NCBI GenBank assembly: GCA_002269645.1
Contig: NIVC01000001.1
Location: forward strand, 2,480,001 to 2,544,000
Reading direction: 5' to 3'
DNA: 64,000 nucleotides
DNA from: Macrostomum lignano
Lineage: Eukaryota
Every line of letters starts with the position of its first letter. The stretch's first letter is position 1. The position numbers and the translations under genes were made by a program. The notes below the pieces were generated by a model. It was given only the letters and a program-made list of their open reading frames with translations, ran no database searches and was not told where the DNA came from. Positions 10,288 to 42,809 of the stretch are shown piece by piece.

Positions 10288-10839
10288 TAACAGCATTATA
10301 ACAAAACTCGGAAAAAACACAGAGGAAATTTTAAATAGGAAAATTCACATCAATGTATCTAATTGTATAATATCTCGCTCACCGCACTGATACCGGACAT
10401 TAAAATATTGATAAGCGTATTGTGCTACTGTTAGACGTATACTGTGCAAATGTGCTCTATTTAATATATTGTCAACAACACACAGAACTGCACAAGAAAC
10501 AAGAATGTGCGCGTGGGACGAATCTGGGGTCGGTATTTTATGAAGCGAAATGACAACTCACTGAACGCAACTCAGGCCTCAATAGGGAGCAAGGGAATGT
10601 CAAATAATAATATTGCACTTTTAATCGCTGTATAACTGCTTTGTAATTCGATTAGTTCAATTTAAATTGAATTCGGATTGTTTTTGTTAAACTTTCAAAC
10701 TGATTAAATTTTTGGCACTAGAGTCGAAAATTCTGACCATTGAACCAACTTATATAGTGGATTAAATTTTAACGCGGTAAATAGCTGGTTAGAGGCACTA
10801 AATTTCCTTTGCTAAATTAAATTGACAAGTTTTTTTAAT

Positions 10840-26828
<15,989 letters not shown>

Positions 26829-27544
26829 GGGGCTTTGGGATCGAACTGGCTGGCTGCTGGGTGTTCGGGCGGATTTGCTCGGTTTTGCGCGGCTGTCCTG
26901 GTTGCTGAGGGGGCAGGCAGGCGGGCGGGGGTTTAAGCTCCCTCGGGCTTTTTGCCTGAAACACTCTGGGGGGAGAGAGGAGCAGCTGCGGGGAAGAGGG
27001 AGAGAATGGGACGCCAGAACAAATGCTCAGAGCCAGTTCTGCAACCGATGCAGGACCACCAGGTGAACTGCGCTCTCGCGGCAGGCTGAGTGGGGTGGCT
27101 GGCCTTGCCTGCTAAATGTGTCTCTTTTGCAATAGGAGAGAAAGAGAACGAAAAGGGGGGTACAGGCAACACAAAGGGCTTTCAAAACAATGGAATGGAG
27201 AGAGAGGGAGGGAAGAGCGAAGCAGATACGCTCGGAGGGAGGAAGTGGAGGGTTTGTCGTCACCTCACGCCCCCCCCCCCTAGAAGAGCTTCTCCGGTTA
27301 TAGCAGCCCATGGCCCAGGCCTTCCCCAGCCTCTCTGCTCCATCTCTACTCTCCATCCCTCCCGCAGCCAACCGAAGCGGCTGCCCCGCGACCCCATGGA
27401 AACGGGGCGTGGAGAACTCGGGGACGGATTCAAAGCGGAAACGAGCATTAGTGCCGGTTTGAGCACTCGGGCATTCCGTGCCTAGGAAATTGTATTAATG
27501 CAACTCTGGCCTGGCAGACAGATGCATTGTTTGGTTGATGGATG

Positions 27545-28300
<756 letters not shown>

Positions 28301-29377
28301 ACAGAGTGATAGTTTGATAGATTGATAGGTTGATACGCACAAAGCTTGATAGGTAGACAGATTGTATTTATTAACATATCTATTTGTATTGACAGATTGA
28401 TAGATGGAAGAATCAAGTAGCTGTGTAACGATATAAAAGAGATGAATTATGAAAAAAGTCGAATCTCCATGCGAGTGAAAGATCAGAAAATGACAGATCA
28501 GCGGCAGCGTGCGACTCGATCAGCGAATCGGCAGGAGAGCAATCGATTTAACACCGCGTCTGTGTCCCGCAGTTCGCCTGGGCTGCCTACTCTGCATTGG
28601 CCAAGTGAGGGAGGCAGCGAGGAGTTTGAAGGAAAGAGAGAAATTTTTTGGCGGCCTGCAGTTTGCGAAGCCCCCGGGCTGAGTTTGCCGCCCGGGATCC
28701 CGGATGCAGGTTGGCGCTACCGTGTGTGTATGTCTGCGCGTGTGTTTGAGTATCGGTGTGAGCTGGTAGGCATTATGGAAATCGATTCCAGTGTGGATTG
28801 AGAGTAGAGAGAGAGGCTGGGAGGCAGCCTTAGCAGCAATTACGTAGGTGAGACGGCCCCACCCGTGTGATGAGACTTAAAGCCGGCTCAAAACTGCTTC
28901 CCCCTCTACTGTGTTTCTGCCTCTTCCTTCGGTAGTTAAGCTGCTAAGCAGATGCTGCGGCTGCTCCAGCATCCCACAGAGCTCTCCCACTCCCGATGGG
29001 AGCCCCTTGCGACAGCCCAGCTGACTCCCCAGCAGAGACAGCCCGAGGCTGCACGCCCGGTTTCCCGCTGAAGACAATAGTGGGGCCGACTTTCTGTGAA
29101 GGAGTCTGGGTGCGTCCCAGAGACGTGTCCCAAACAATAGGCAATGGAAGGGCTGCCGTCTTCAGTCTGAGGCATGCTGCTTCTTTTTCTTGCTGGAAAA
29201 ATGAGAGAAAAGAAAGGCTCAAGGCGGCAAAGTGTCTGAATTGGCTGGGAGACGGGAAAGGGCATTTTGTCTTCTGGAGTTTTGGGGCTTCAGTTTTTTG
29301 CTGGCGAAACAGACAAAATTTCTAAAGAAATTTGAAAATCGCGAGTAGATAGGCGCCAAGTAGTGATAATAAGGATT

Positions 29378-31558
29378 ATGAGGCGCCCAGATTTAAACAA
29401 ATGAGGCGCCAAGAATTAAACAAATGAGGCGCCAAGAATGAAACAAATGAGGCGCCAAGAATTAAACAAATGAGGCGCCAAGAATTAAACAAATGAGGCG
29501 ATAAAAATGAAACAAATGAGGCGCCAAGAATTAAACAAATGAGGCGATAAAAATGAAACAAATGAGGCGCCAAGAATGAAACAAATGAGGCGCCAAGAAT
29601 TAAACAAATGAGGCGCCAAGAATGAAACAAATGAGGCGCCAAGAATTAAACAAATGAGGCGATAAAAATGAAACAAATGAGGCGCCAAGAATGAAACAAA
29701 TGAGGCGCCAAGAATTAAACAAATGAGGCGCCAAGAATGAAACAAATGAGGCGCCAAGAATTAAACAAATGAGGCGCCAAGAATTAAACAAATGAGGCGA
29801 TAAAAATGAAACAAATGAGGCGCCAAGAATTAAACAAATGAGGCGATAAAAATGAAACAAATGAGGCGCCAAGAATTAAACAAATGAGGCGCCAAAAATG
29901 AAACAAATGAGGCGCCAAGAATGAAACAAATGAGGCGCCAAGAATGAAAAAAAATGATGAGGTGCCAAGAATGAAACAAATGAGGCGCCAAGAATGAAAC
30001 AAATGATGAGGTGCAAAGAATGAAACAAATGAGGCGCCAAGAATGAAACAAATGATGAGGTGCCATGAATGAAACAAATGATGAGGTGCAAAGAATGAAA
30101 CAAATGAGGCGCCAAGAATGAAACAAATGATGAGGTGCAAAGAATGAAACAACTGAGGCGCCAAGAATGAAAAAAATGATGAGGTGCCAAGAATGAAACA
30201 AATGAGGCGCCAAGAATGAAACAAATGAGGTGCCAAGAATGAAACAAATGAGGCGCCAAGAATGAAACAAATGAGGCGCCAAAAATGAAACAAATGAGGC
30301 GCCAAGAATAAAACAAATGATGAGGCACCAAGAATGAAACAAATGAAGCGCCAAAAATGAAACAAATAAGGCGCCAAAAATGAAACAAATGATGAGGCGC
30401 CAAGAATGAAAAAAATGAAGCGCCAAAAATGAAACAAATAAGGCGCCAAAAATGAAACAAATGAGGCGCCAAAAATGAAACAAATGAGGCGCCAAGAATT
30501 AAACAAATGAGACGCCAAGAATAAAACAAATAAGGCGCCAAAATGAAACAAATGAGGCGCCAAAAATGAAACCAAGGAGGCGCCAAGAATTAAACAAATG
30601 ATGAGACGCCAAGAATTAAACAAATGATGAGGCGCCAAGAATGAAACAAATGAGGCGCCAAAAATGAAACAAATGAGACGCCAAGAATAAAACAAATGAT
30701 GAGACGCCAAGAATTAAACAAATGATGAGGCGCCAAGAATGAAACAAATGAGGTGCCAAGAATGAAACAAATGAGGCGCCAAGAATGAAACAAATGAGGC
30801 GCCAAAAATGAAACAAATGAGGCGCCAAGAATAAAACAAATGATGAGGCACCAAGAATGAAACAAATGAAGCGCCAAAAATGAAACAAATAAGGCGCCAA
30901 AAATGAAACAAATGATGAGGCGCCAAGAATGAAACAAATGAAGCGCCAAAAATGAAACAAATAAGGCGCCAAAAATGAAACAAATGAGGCGCCAAAAATG
31001 AAACAAATGAGGCGCCAAGAATTAAACAAATGAGACGCCAAGAATAAAACAAATAAGGCGCCAAAAATGAAACAAATGAGGCGCCAAAAATGAAACCAAG
31101 GAGGCGCCAAGAATTAAACAAATGATGAGACGCCAAGAATTAAACAAATGATGAGGCGCCAAGAATGAAACAAATGAGGCGCCAAAAATGAAACAAATGA
31201 GACGCCAAGAATAAAACAAATAAGGCGCCAAAAATGAAACAAATGAGGCGCCAAAAATGAAACAAATGAGGCGCCAAGAATTAAACAAATGAGACGCCAA
31301 GAATAAAACAAATAAGGCGCCAAAAATGAAACAAATGAGGCGCCAAAAATGAAACCAAGGAGGCGCCAAGAATTAAACAAATGATGAGACGCCAAGAATT
31401 AAACAAATGATGAGGCGCCAAGAATGAAACAAATGAGGCGCCAAAAATGAAACAAATGAGACGCCAAGAATAAAACAAATGATGAGACGCCAAGAATTAA
31501 ACAAATGATGAGGCGCCAAGAATGAAACAAATGAGGCGCCAAAAATGAAACAAATGAA
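29378..31558. repeat. 23-bp minisatellite (ATGAGGCGCCAAGAATKAAACAA)n, about 2.2 kb
   Basis: Direct reading; internal higher-order duplication. Confidence 0.96.
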
Positions 31559-32249
31559 GCGCTCAGAGTGGGAGGGGAGGTGCTAAGATCATAGGATGAG
31601 GCGCCAGAAAACGCCAAGCGAATCATCTCAAATCGCAGGAGTCTCACCACGCAGCTGAACGACACGGCGGAGTCCGTGTGATCAAGTTTTCACTCTTTTT
31701 TCAACAAAAAAGGCGACTCAAACTCTCAAAGCCTCCTAAAGCCCTATTTCTAAGCCGGGGCTGCTCCCGAGATGCAGATCTGAGTGAATCTGCCCGGGAC
31801 TTCTCCATTTCTTCCCAATCCCGTTCAATAGGGAGATCTTGTCCTGCAGCTATTTCAGCTCTCTAGAATAGGAGCGGGGAGAAATTCAACTATTGGGGAT
31901 CTACTTTGGCCACCCCGATATGCATATATGGGTCCATATATATATATATATAAATATAAATATTCCCATTCGCTCACTGTTAGATCTGGACTAACTGGAG
32001 CTTTGCGCGGCTCAGTGCTCGGAGATTGAATACTCGGCCCAATGAACTAATTAGTTGCTGCTGTACCTGCGCCCATTATCAGCTGTCAACCTTCTGCATA
32101 TTTGTGGGCCACACTGTATGCATATCTGCCCCTCATCCTGAGCATTGAGTATCTGCGCCTCCTGCTAGGCCACTGTGAAGCCCTTTTTGGTTCCCAGTTC
32201 GTTTTACGTTCGATGCTGACTAGTGTTTATTTTTTTATTAACAACTCGA

Positions 32250-32760
32250 ATACTCATGACTCAAAACTTTAAGTATGAGTCATGATTCATTGAGTCATGA
32301 GTCATGACTCAAAGCTGATGACTCACTCCAGCACTCCATGACTCTCTTTGGCACTGCATGACTCACTTTAGCACTCCATGACTCACTTTAACACTCCATG
32401 ACTCTCTTTGGCACTGCATGACTCACTTTAGCACTCCATGACTCACTTTAGCACTCCATGACTCTCTTTGGCACTGCATGACTCACTTTAGCACTCCATG
32501 ACTCACTTTAACACTCCATGACTCTCTTTGGCACTGCATGACTCACTTTAGCACTCCATGACTCACTTTAGCACTCCATGACTCTCTTTGGCACTGCATG
32601 ACTCTCTTTGGCACTGCATGACTCACTTTGGCACTCCATGACTCACTTTAGAACTCCATGACTCTCTTTACCACTCCAAGACTCACTTTGGCACTCCATG
32701 ACTCACTTAAGCATTCTGTGACTCTCTTTCACATTCCATAACTAACTCACTCGAGTACTT
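32250..32760. repeat. 20-bp repeat rich in TGACTCA with 60/120-bp higher-order structure
   Basis: Lines 32341-32580 repeat every 60 bp. Confidence 0.92.
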
Positions 32761-32956
32761 TTGTCTCACTAAAATTCCATTATGTCATGTCATTTTCCTT
32801 AAAATCATTAACTATTTTTATGTCGCATAACGCTATGACAATTAATATAGATTAGTGTTAAATAAGTAGTGCCTTAGAAGAGTCGTATATCAAGCTGCTC
32901 AGTCTACTTGCAGTAGCTTAATGAGGTAAACTATGGGAAACTACGAAAAAGTCTCA

Positions 32957-33347
32957 CTCCTCTCCTCTCCTCTCCTCTCCTCCCCTCTCCTCCCCTCTCC
33001 TCTCCTCCCCTCTCCTCCCCTCTCCTCTCCTCTCCTCTCCTCTCCTCTCCTCTCCTCTCCTCTACTCTCCTCTCCTCTCCTCTCCTCTTCTCTCTTCTCC
33101 TCTCCTCTCCTCTCCTCTCCTCTCCTCTCCTCTCCTCTCCTCTCCTCTCCTCTCCTCTCCTCTCTTCTCCTCTCCTCTCCTCTCCTCTCCTCTCCTCTCC
33201 TCTCCTCTCCTCTCCTCTCCTCTCCTCTCCTCTCCTCTCCTCTCCTCTCCTCTCCTCTCCTCTCCTCTCCTCTCCTCTCCTCTCCTCTCCTCTCCTCTTC
33301 TCTCCTCTCCTCTTCTCTCCTCTCCTCTTCTCTCCTCTCCTCTCCTA
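32957..33347. repeat. (CCTCT)n pentamer array
   Basis: Direct reading. Confidence 0.96.
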
Positions 33348-33976
33348 TCTTTGTATCTATTCCTCTTCTCCTCTCTTCTGTCATCTATTTCTTTTTCCCG
33401 CATCTCGTTTCTCCCCTCTATCACCGAAGCCAGTGCAGCATTTTATCTAACCTCCATTTTCCCACTTATCCAACCCCATCATTGGCAGCTGAAAGCCTCA
33501 CGGCCAGCTCTCCTTCACCATCACCCAGTGTACAGTGCCGGACCCGTTCCCCTGGTCAAGAAAGTCTCCCTGCAGTTTCCCATTGGCTAAGCCAAGCCCT
33601 GGATGCCACTAACACCACTTCATTCGCCATTTGCCCCAATCCCCGTTCCATTGACTGTGAACCCATAACTATATAGTTATAAAGTTTTCCAACCGCGTTC
33701 TCAACAAAGGAGACAATTTTTCAATAAGCCTCATTCCTCTGTCGCATCTCAATTTTCAATTGTGAGAAAACAGTAATAAAGAGCCGATCCAAGCCGTCAT
33801 GTGCGTCTATAAATTATTTAGTCATTAAAGTTTGAAGAAAGCTCTTCGGAGAGAGAGATTAAATTTTAACAGCTTCACTGCTCGGCCAAAACTGCAAGGT
33901 GAGTAAAGTTCCTTTCATCTAAGCTCGTACTATAGGTAATTTTTTTGGGTCTAATTTCCAACACCGCAATGTCACA

Positions 33977-34612
33977 ACTCTCCCTCCCCCCCTCTATCTC
34001 TATCCTCTCTCCTTCTCTCCCTCTCCTCTCTCCCTCCCTTCTCTCCCTCCCTCCCCTCTATCTCTATCCTCTCTCCTTCTCTCCCTCTCCTCTCTCCCTC
34101 CCTTCTCTCCCTCCCTCCCCTCTATCTCTATCCTCTCTCCTTCTCTCCCTCCCCTCTCTCCCTCCCTTCTCCCCCTCCACTCTCCTTCTCTCCCTCTCCT
34201 CTCTCCCTCCCTTCTCTCCCTCCCCCCTCTATCTCTATCCTCTCTCCTTCTCTCCCTCCCCTCTCTCCCTCCCTTCTCTCCCTCCCTCCCCTCTATCTCT
34301 ATCCTCTCTCCTTCTCTCCCTCTCCTCTCTTCCTCCCTTCTCTCCCTCCACTCTCCTTCTCTCCCTCCCCTCTCTCCCTCCATTCTCCTTGTCTCCCTCC
34401 TCTCTCCCTCTCTCCCTCCACTCTCCTTATCTCCCTCCCCTCTCTTCCTCTCTCCCTCCACTCATTCTCTCCCTCCCTTTTCCCCCTCTCTCCCTTTCTC
34501 TCTCTCCACCCATCTCCCTCATCTTTCTTCCACTCTCCCCTCTCAGCCTCTGTTCCTTCTCTCTCTCTTACATATCTTCCCTTCTCCCCCTCTCTCCCAA
34601 TCGCTCCCCTCA
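33977..34612. repeat. Degenerate CT-rich polypyrimidine repeat
   Basis: Direct reading. Confidence 0.9.
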
Positions 34613-35220
34613 TTCTGAGCGATTTCTGCCGCCAACGCATGCGCAATAATGTTTGTGTTTCTCTTAACAGTTCTATTTCAGTTTTTTATTTCGTCATTGA
34701 ATCTCCCTCCCTCATCAATAGCCAGCTTCCAACAGTTATGTCTAGGCCTATATAGTCTGGCCTAAGCTTGGTCATGGAGCCAAGCATGGAATCATTATTG
34801 AGTCTTCATTATTGGATTATTTGATTATAGAGATGCAAGGCAGACGGCTAATCCGGGAGCCAAAATCAGCAATGACATCGGCGGAAAAGAAAGAGAAAAG
34901 TTTCCAAAAGATTCCAAAACCTTTGACCGCATTGTTGTTGTCAAGGGTCTCCCGGTAGGCACGCGAAGCAATATTTGAGTCATTTCTGTCTCCATGCGGA
35001 TGTTCGAACCTCAATTTAGGTGGCAACCATAGCGGAAGAACTCACGGTCCTGTTTCCTGACTTGCTTCTCCAGATTATGTAATGCTTTTTTTCAGGATTT
35101 CCCGACCTACTGGCGTTTTCAAGATGAAGCTTTGAGTAACTTTGAGCATAGTCTCTTTCAAGTATTTCGCTTTCCAGAAATTTCTATGGATAAATGGTTC
35201 GTTGAGTTCACTATATCTAT

Positions 35221-35825
35221 CAGGCACTCAGGCACTCCGATCCAAGGCACTCCGATTAGGGACTCCGATCAGGCACCCCGATCAGGCACTCCGGTTTAAG
35301 GCACTCCGATCCAAGGCACTCCGATTAGGGACTCCGATCAGGCACCCCGATCAGGCACTCCGGTTTAAGGCACTCCGATCCAAGGCACTCCGATTGGGGA
35401 CTCCGTTCAGGCACCCCGATCAGGCACTCCGGTTCAAGGCACTCCCTCCGATCCTAGGCACTCCGATTAGGGACTCCGATCAGGCACTCCGGTTCAAGGC
35501 ACTCCGATTCAAGGCACTCCGATCAAGGCACTCCGATTCAAGGCACTCCGATTCAAAGCACTCTGATTCAGGGCACTTCGGTTCAGGGCACTCCGATTCA
35601 AGGCACTCTGAATCAAGGCACTCCGATTAGGCACTCTGATCAGGCATTCCAGTTCAAGGCACATCGATTAAAGGCACTCCGATCAGTCACTCCGATCAGT
35701 CACTCCGATCAGGCACTCCGCTCAGGCACTCCGATCAGGCACTCCGATCAGGCACTCCGATCAGGCACTCCGATCAGGCACTCCGATCAGGCACTCCGAT
35801 TAGGCACTCCGCTCAGGCACTCCGA
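35221..35825. repeat. 13-15-bp repeat (AGGCACTCCGATC) with a 69-bp higher-order unit at the left end
   Basis: TCCAAGGCACTCC recurs at 35241 and 35310. Confidence 0.9.
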
Positions 35826-36509
35826 TTGCTAATCAGGCACGTCAATGAAACAGTGCCTCCCACAATTCAAACAGTCTTTATAAGTAAGCTTCAATGAAAA
35901 AAACCCGCTGCGTACAAAGACAACAAATCATTGAATGTTTTTCTGTCTTTCTGATGTCGCCCATTCATTCATCCCATACTAATCCTATCAAGCTGACAAC
36001 CGGCGGAACTGCACGACACGTCAAGGGTGCTGCCATCCTTGCCCGCCTGTAAGCCTGCTGTGCACTTACTAATAGGGAAATGGCAGCTGAGGATCCAAGA
36101 AAACTAAGGCAGATTTCCGAGAGGATGAATGCAGCCTCACAGCTTTGAGCCTACTTCGTCTCCTAAGCTGGCAATTTTGCTGTTGTAGCGATAATCTTTG
36201 GCTGGCCAGCTCACTGCTCACTGCTCACTCACTCGATCCCGGTAACTCCAAAACCCCGTGACGGACACTTCGTTCCAACGATGCATCCCGGCCGAACTTC
36301 TCGCTGATCCCGGGCCGATTAAACCGCTGGGGATCTGCTGTGAGGATCCAATCCAATCATATGTTCTCCCTTCTTTCCAGCATCTGCGAGCAAACTTCTT
36401 TCGAGGGGTGGGGCGTTTGGCGGCAGATGACAGGCAGCTCTTGACGCCAAAAAAGCCAGGACTGTTGATATAAACACCAACAGTAGACCAATGAGAGCAT
36501 TTGAAGACT

Positions 36510-36800
<291 letters not shown>

Positions 36801-37195
36801 TTAATAAATATAGACAATTTAGACATAAAAACCAACACCCATGACGCCAATTGATGCTTTTCCCTGAAATGTTTCCCGTAAAAATATGATTTGCATTGCG
36901 ACTTCTGGTTCAGACTCGGAGAGACACAAACCAGGGATATAAATAATTAAATTATGCTTATTGCTCGTATCGGCATGCATGGATGCGTGTTAAGCACAAT
37001 GGGCTCGTATGAACAGTTCAGGTGTAGCGCGGTATCTCATTGTGCAGGGGTTTAACGAGACTGACTGACTCGCGCCAGAGGTTCGGGGCATTCAAGGGTT
37101 TCTGGGCTGACGACTGCTTTTGTAATTGTTGTGGGGCGTTGTGGCTCAGAATAACTGAGGTTGTAAAATCCACTCCAGAATGACGTTCATCAGCA

Positions 37196-37537
37196 CCCAT
37201 CCCAATACTGATCCCGATCCGGATTCCTATCCCGATCCCAATCCCGATCACGATCCAAATCCAAATCCAAATCCCGATCCCAATTCAAATCCCGATCCCA
37301 ATCCAAATCCCGATCCCAACCCCGATCCCAATCCTGATCCCAACCCGATCCCGATCCCGATCCCGATCCCGATCCTGATCCCAACCCGATCCCGATCCCG
37401 ATCCCGATCCCGATCCCGATCCCGATCCCAATCCAAATCCCGATCCCGATCCCGATCCCAATCCAAATCCCGATCCCGATCCCATTCCAAATTCCGATCC
37501 CGATCCCAACCCGATCCCGATCCCGATCCCAATACCC
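37196..37537. repeat. (GATCCC/AATCCC)n hexamer array
   Basis: Direct reading. Confidence 0.92.
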
Positions 37538-37845
37538 ATTCCAGTCTCAAACATCATCTACATTTTAATCTCATATTTTCTTATACTCGTACAGCCGAAC
37601 GAATTTCGCTTCTTTACCAAGACAGCCTTTCAACTCATATTCGGGCATTCATAATTCAGATCAGTGGTTCAAAGCCTCGGGGAATTTGGACTTAGTAACT
37701 GCCGCATCAGCTGCGCTCATTATGTAACTACGAGTATCTATTTACAAAGAATTCCGCTGCACCGGGCTGATAAAAATTTCTGTTGAAAAATTATTCATTA
37801 CTATATATGGTTGCGTCATCCGGGTTAAAAGTTACAGCTGCATGG

Positions 37846-39733
<1,888 letters not shown>

Positions 39734-40149
39734 GCTCGTGTTTATTTGTCAGCAGAAGTGCAGTTCCAGTCTCCAGAGATAATGAGTGGAACTGCACTGA
39801 AGCTGAGCACAAAGCGCCATCAGCAGCCTTAACTGTTTTTCCGGTGGCGATTCCCAGACTGCGCCATTTATATGTATATGAAAAATGGCCAGCTTTGAGA
39901 AAGCCCGCCGCATCCTTGAGAATGGCTCCCAGTCCCAGTCTTATCGGTTCTCAATCCAGCACCTCGATTCGCGAAACTCTCCCTGTTCCAGCTTCCCCCT
40001 TTCTTATAGGCCGCCAGAGTAGTGAATATGTATAGTATTTATAGTAACCATAATATGGATGAGCAGTACAGAGATTGCTTTCAGCTCAGTTCAGTACACT
40101 GTGCACTTCTGATTCAATTGCACGTGCCTTAAGGTCTCATTCACCCATG

Positions 40150-40300
40150 AAGTCATTCATGACCTCACTCATGAACTCACTCATGAACTCACTCATAAAC
40201 TCACTCATGAACTCACTCATAAACTCACTCATGAACTCACTCATGAACTCACTCATAAACTCACTCATGAACTCACTTATGAACTCACTCAAGAATCCAT
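40150..40300. repeat. 12-bp repeat (ACTCACTCATGA/ACTCACTCATAA)n
   Basis: Inverted relative of 22262-22376. Confidence 0.9.
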
Positions 40301-41209
40301 TCGTGAGCTCATAAACGGAAGTCACTCATGAAACCAAGACCTCAGTCAGTCTTTCACTCACTCCAGCATACCTTCTGCATTAGAATTTCACACTCAATGC
40401 CACTTATCTCAAGTCCTGGGATTCGTCAACCGATAAGCACTATCGCTGTACTTTACAAATTAGCAAATTGGCAAGAACAAAAGTGTAGCATTCAATTCGC
40501 AATGTCAATCAGAGCGAAACAGCAATTCCAAATAGAAAATGCAAAAACACAAACCACCCTTAGCCTCGGCAGGATGTGAAAGAGTCAATGATGTTTTTTT
40601 CAATTTCGCGCGCTTAAAAGTTCTCCAGTCTTGTGCAGCTCCCTGGGGACCACCGACCGGCACTTCCCAGCGACTCATACGGAGAGAGAGTCAGCCCCAG
40701 TGCCAGCTGAAGTGCCAAAGGAATTGATGGCTTTTTGCTTTCAGCTGACAGAAGATTCAGGCAATTTGTCGCCAGGCGCCCCAGTCTTTTGCCTTCTTCA
40801 CCCGGCCAACTCCCTTCCCAGGAACCACTTGAGCCTGATGAGGCTTGTTAAAGCTGTCCAGCGTCCCGCATGGCAACAAACACTGGGGGGTAGCAACGGC
40901 AGCCAGCAGTAGCAGCAGCAGCAGAGACAGCAAGAGCTCAGACAGCAGCAGATTAGGACAAAGGAGCCAAAACTGAGTTTTTTGCTTCTCTGCCGTCTGT
41001 CAACTTGAGACCAGGGACTTAATCTGCTTATGCAAATCAGGCCTCGTCTTATTAACTCCGAGCCTCGAGTACAACTTGAATTACACATGGGGGTTTAAAA
41101 CTCTCAGAGTGCGACAGGGTGTCTGACCTGTGCCAAACCCTTTGCACTCATCTTTCACTCAGGCTTCATCTCGATGCCGCTGTCTAGCTCTGCAGATTTT
41201 AACCTTCAC

Positions 41210-42000
41210 TGTATGCTATCTGACCCTTCAATCTCATACCTATCTCACCCTTTAATATCATGTCTATCTCACCCTTCAGTCCCATACCTATTTTACCCTT
41301 CAGTCCCATACCAATCTCACCCTTCAATCTCATTCTTATCTCACTGTTTAAATCTTATTCTTATCTCACCCTTCAATCTCACTTCCATCTCACCCTTCAA
41401 TCTCATACCTATCTCACCCTTTAATCTCACTTCCATCTCACCCTTCAGTCCCATACCTATCTCACCCTTCAGTCCCATACCTATCTTACCCTTTAGTCTC
41501 ATACCTATCTCGCCCTTAAATCCCATACATATCTCACCCTTCAATCTCATTCTTATCTCACCGTTTAACTCTTATTCTTATCTCACCCTTTAATCTCACT
41601 TCCATCTCACCCTTCAGTCCCATACCTATCTCACCCTTCAGTCCCATACCTATCTTACCCTTTAGTCTCATACCTATCTCGCCCTTAAATCCCATACATA
41701 TCTCACCCTTCAATCTCATTCTTATCTCACCGTTTAAATCTTATTCTTATCTCACCCTTTAATCTCATGTCTAGCTCACCCTTCAATCTCATACCTATCT
41801 TATCCTTCAATCTCATTCTTATCTCACCCTTCAATCTCATACCTATCTCATCCTTCAATCTCATTACTTATCTCACCCATCAATCTCATATCTTATCTCA
41901 CCCGTTAATTTCATTCTTGTCTCACCCTTCAATGTCATTCTTATCTCACCCTTCAATATCATTCTTATCTCACCCTTCAATATCATTCCTATCTCGCCCT
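41210..42000. repeat. Degenerate 24-bp repeat (ATCTCACCCTTCAATCTCATACCT) with a 168-bp duplication
   Basis: The block starting near 41424 recurs near 41592. Confidence 0.88.
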
Positions 42001-42809
42001 AAATCTCAATAGATAAATCTAATCCCAACTGTAAATGTTGCAGAACATGACTAAGTGTACATGAATGAGTGGCCAACTAAAACAGTGTCTGAATCAGTGA
42101 CTATCTAAGTTACTCAGTCACAATGCGTACTCAGTGCGGTGTCCAGGATCTCTCAATGCACAGTGGGCAGCCCATCAACCCCCTGCTGCTGTGTACGGGC
42201 TGCACTGCATTTAGCATTGACTGCCTGACTTATCACTCACAGCTCCTACAGCTATGCACCTGGGTCGGTTTGGCAGCAATGATAACACGTAGCCATACCC
42301 CCCACCTATAACCCCCTTCTCTACAAGTCATCGCCAGGTCAGAAGCCCCTGAAACCAAGGTTTTTTTCTGTTTAAAAATCCTGACAGCCTGGGCCACCGG
42401 CGACATAGTGGCACTTATTGGAAGCTTGCGCTGAGCTCATTAATAATTAATCCCTGGACGCTGCGGGTTGGCGGGTCGGTTTGGGAAGGCATTGTGGGGG
42501 GAGGAGGCAGTTGCCACATTGAGCCAAGGGGAGTTTCTGCGCTGGGGCGAGTGTGTTGTTTGCTTTTAAAAGACCGACTCAAAAGCTGGAAAAATTAACA
42601 GCTACCGATAAACGGATGAAAACTAAAATTTGACACCAGTGAGGGTTGTCAGCGTTTTTTTGCGGTATTTTAATGCCCAGAGAGTCTGCGGTTGATAAAC
42701 TTTTAACACCCCAATATGGCGCCTCTGTAACCCTCCTAAGTGGCGCCCCCTGTAAAACCCTGAGTGGTCCATGACACTGAGTGGGCAGTGAGCTGCTGAG
42801 TGATTGCAG

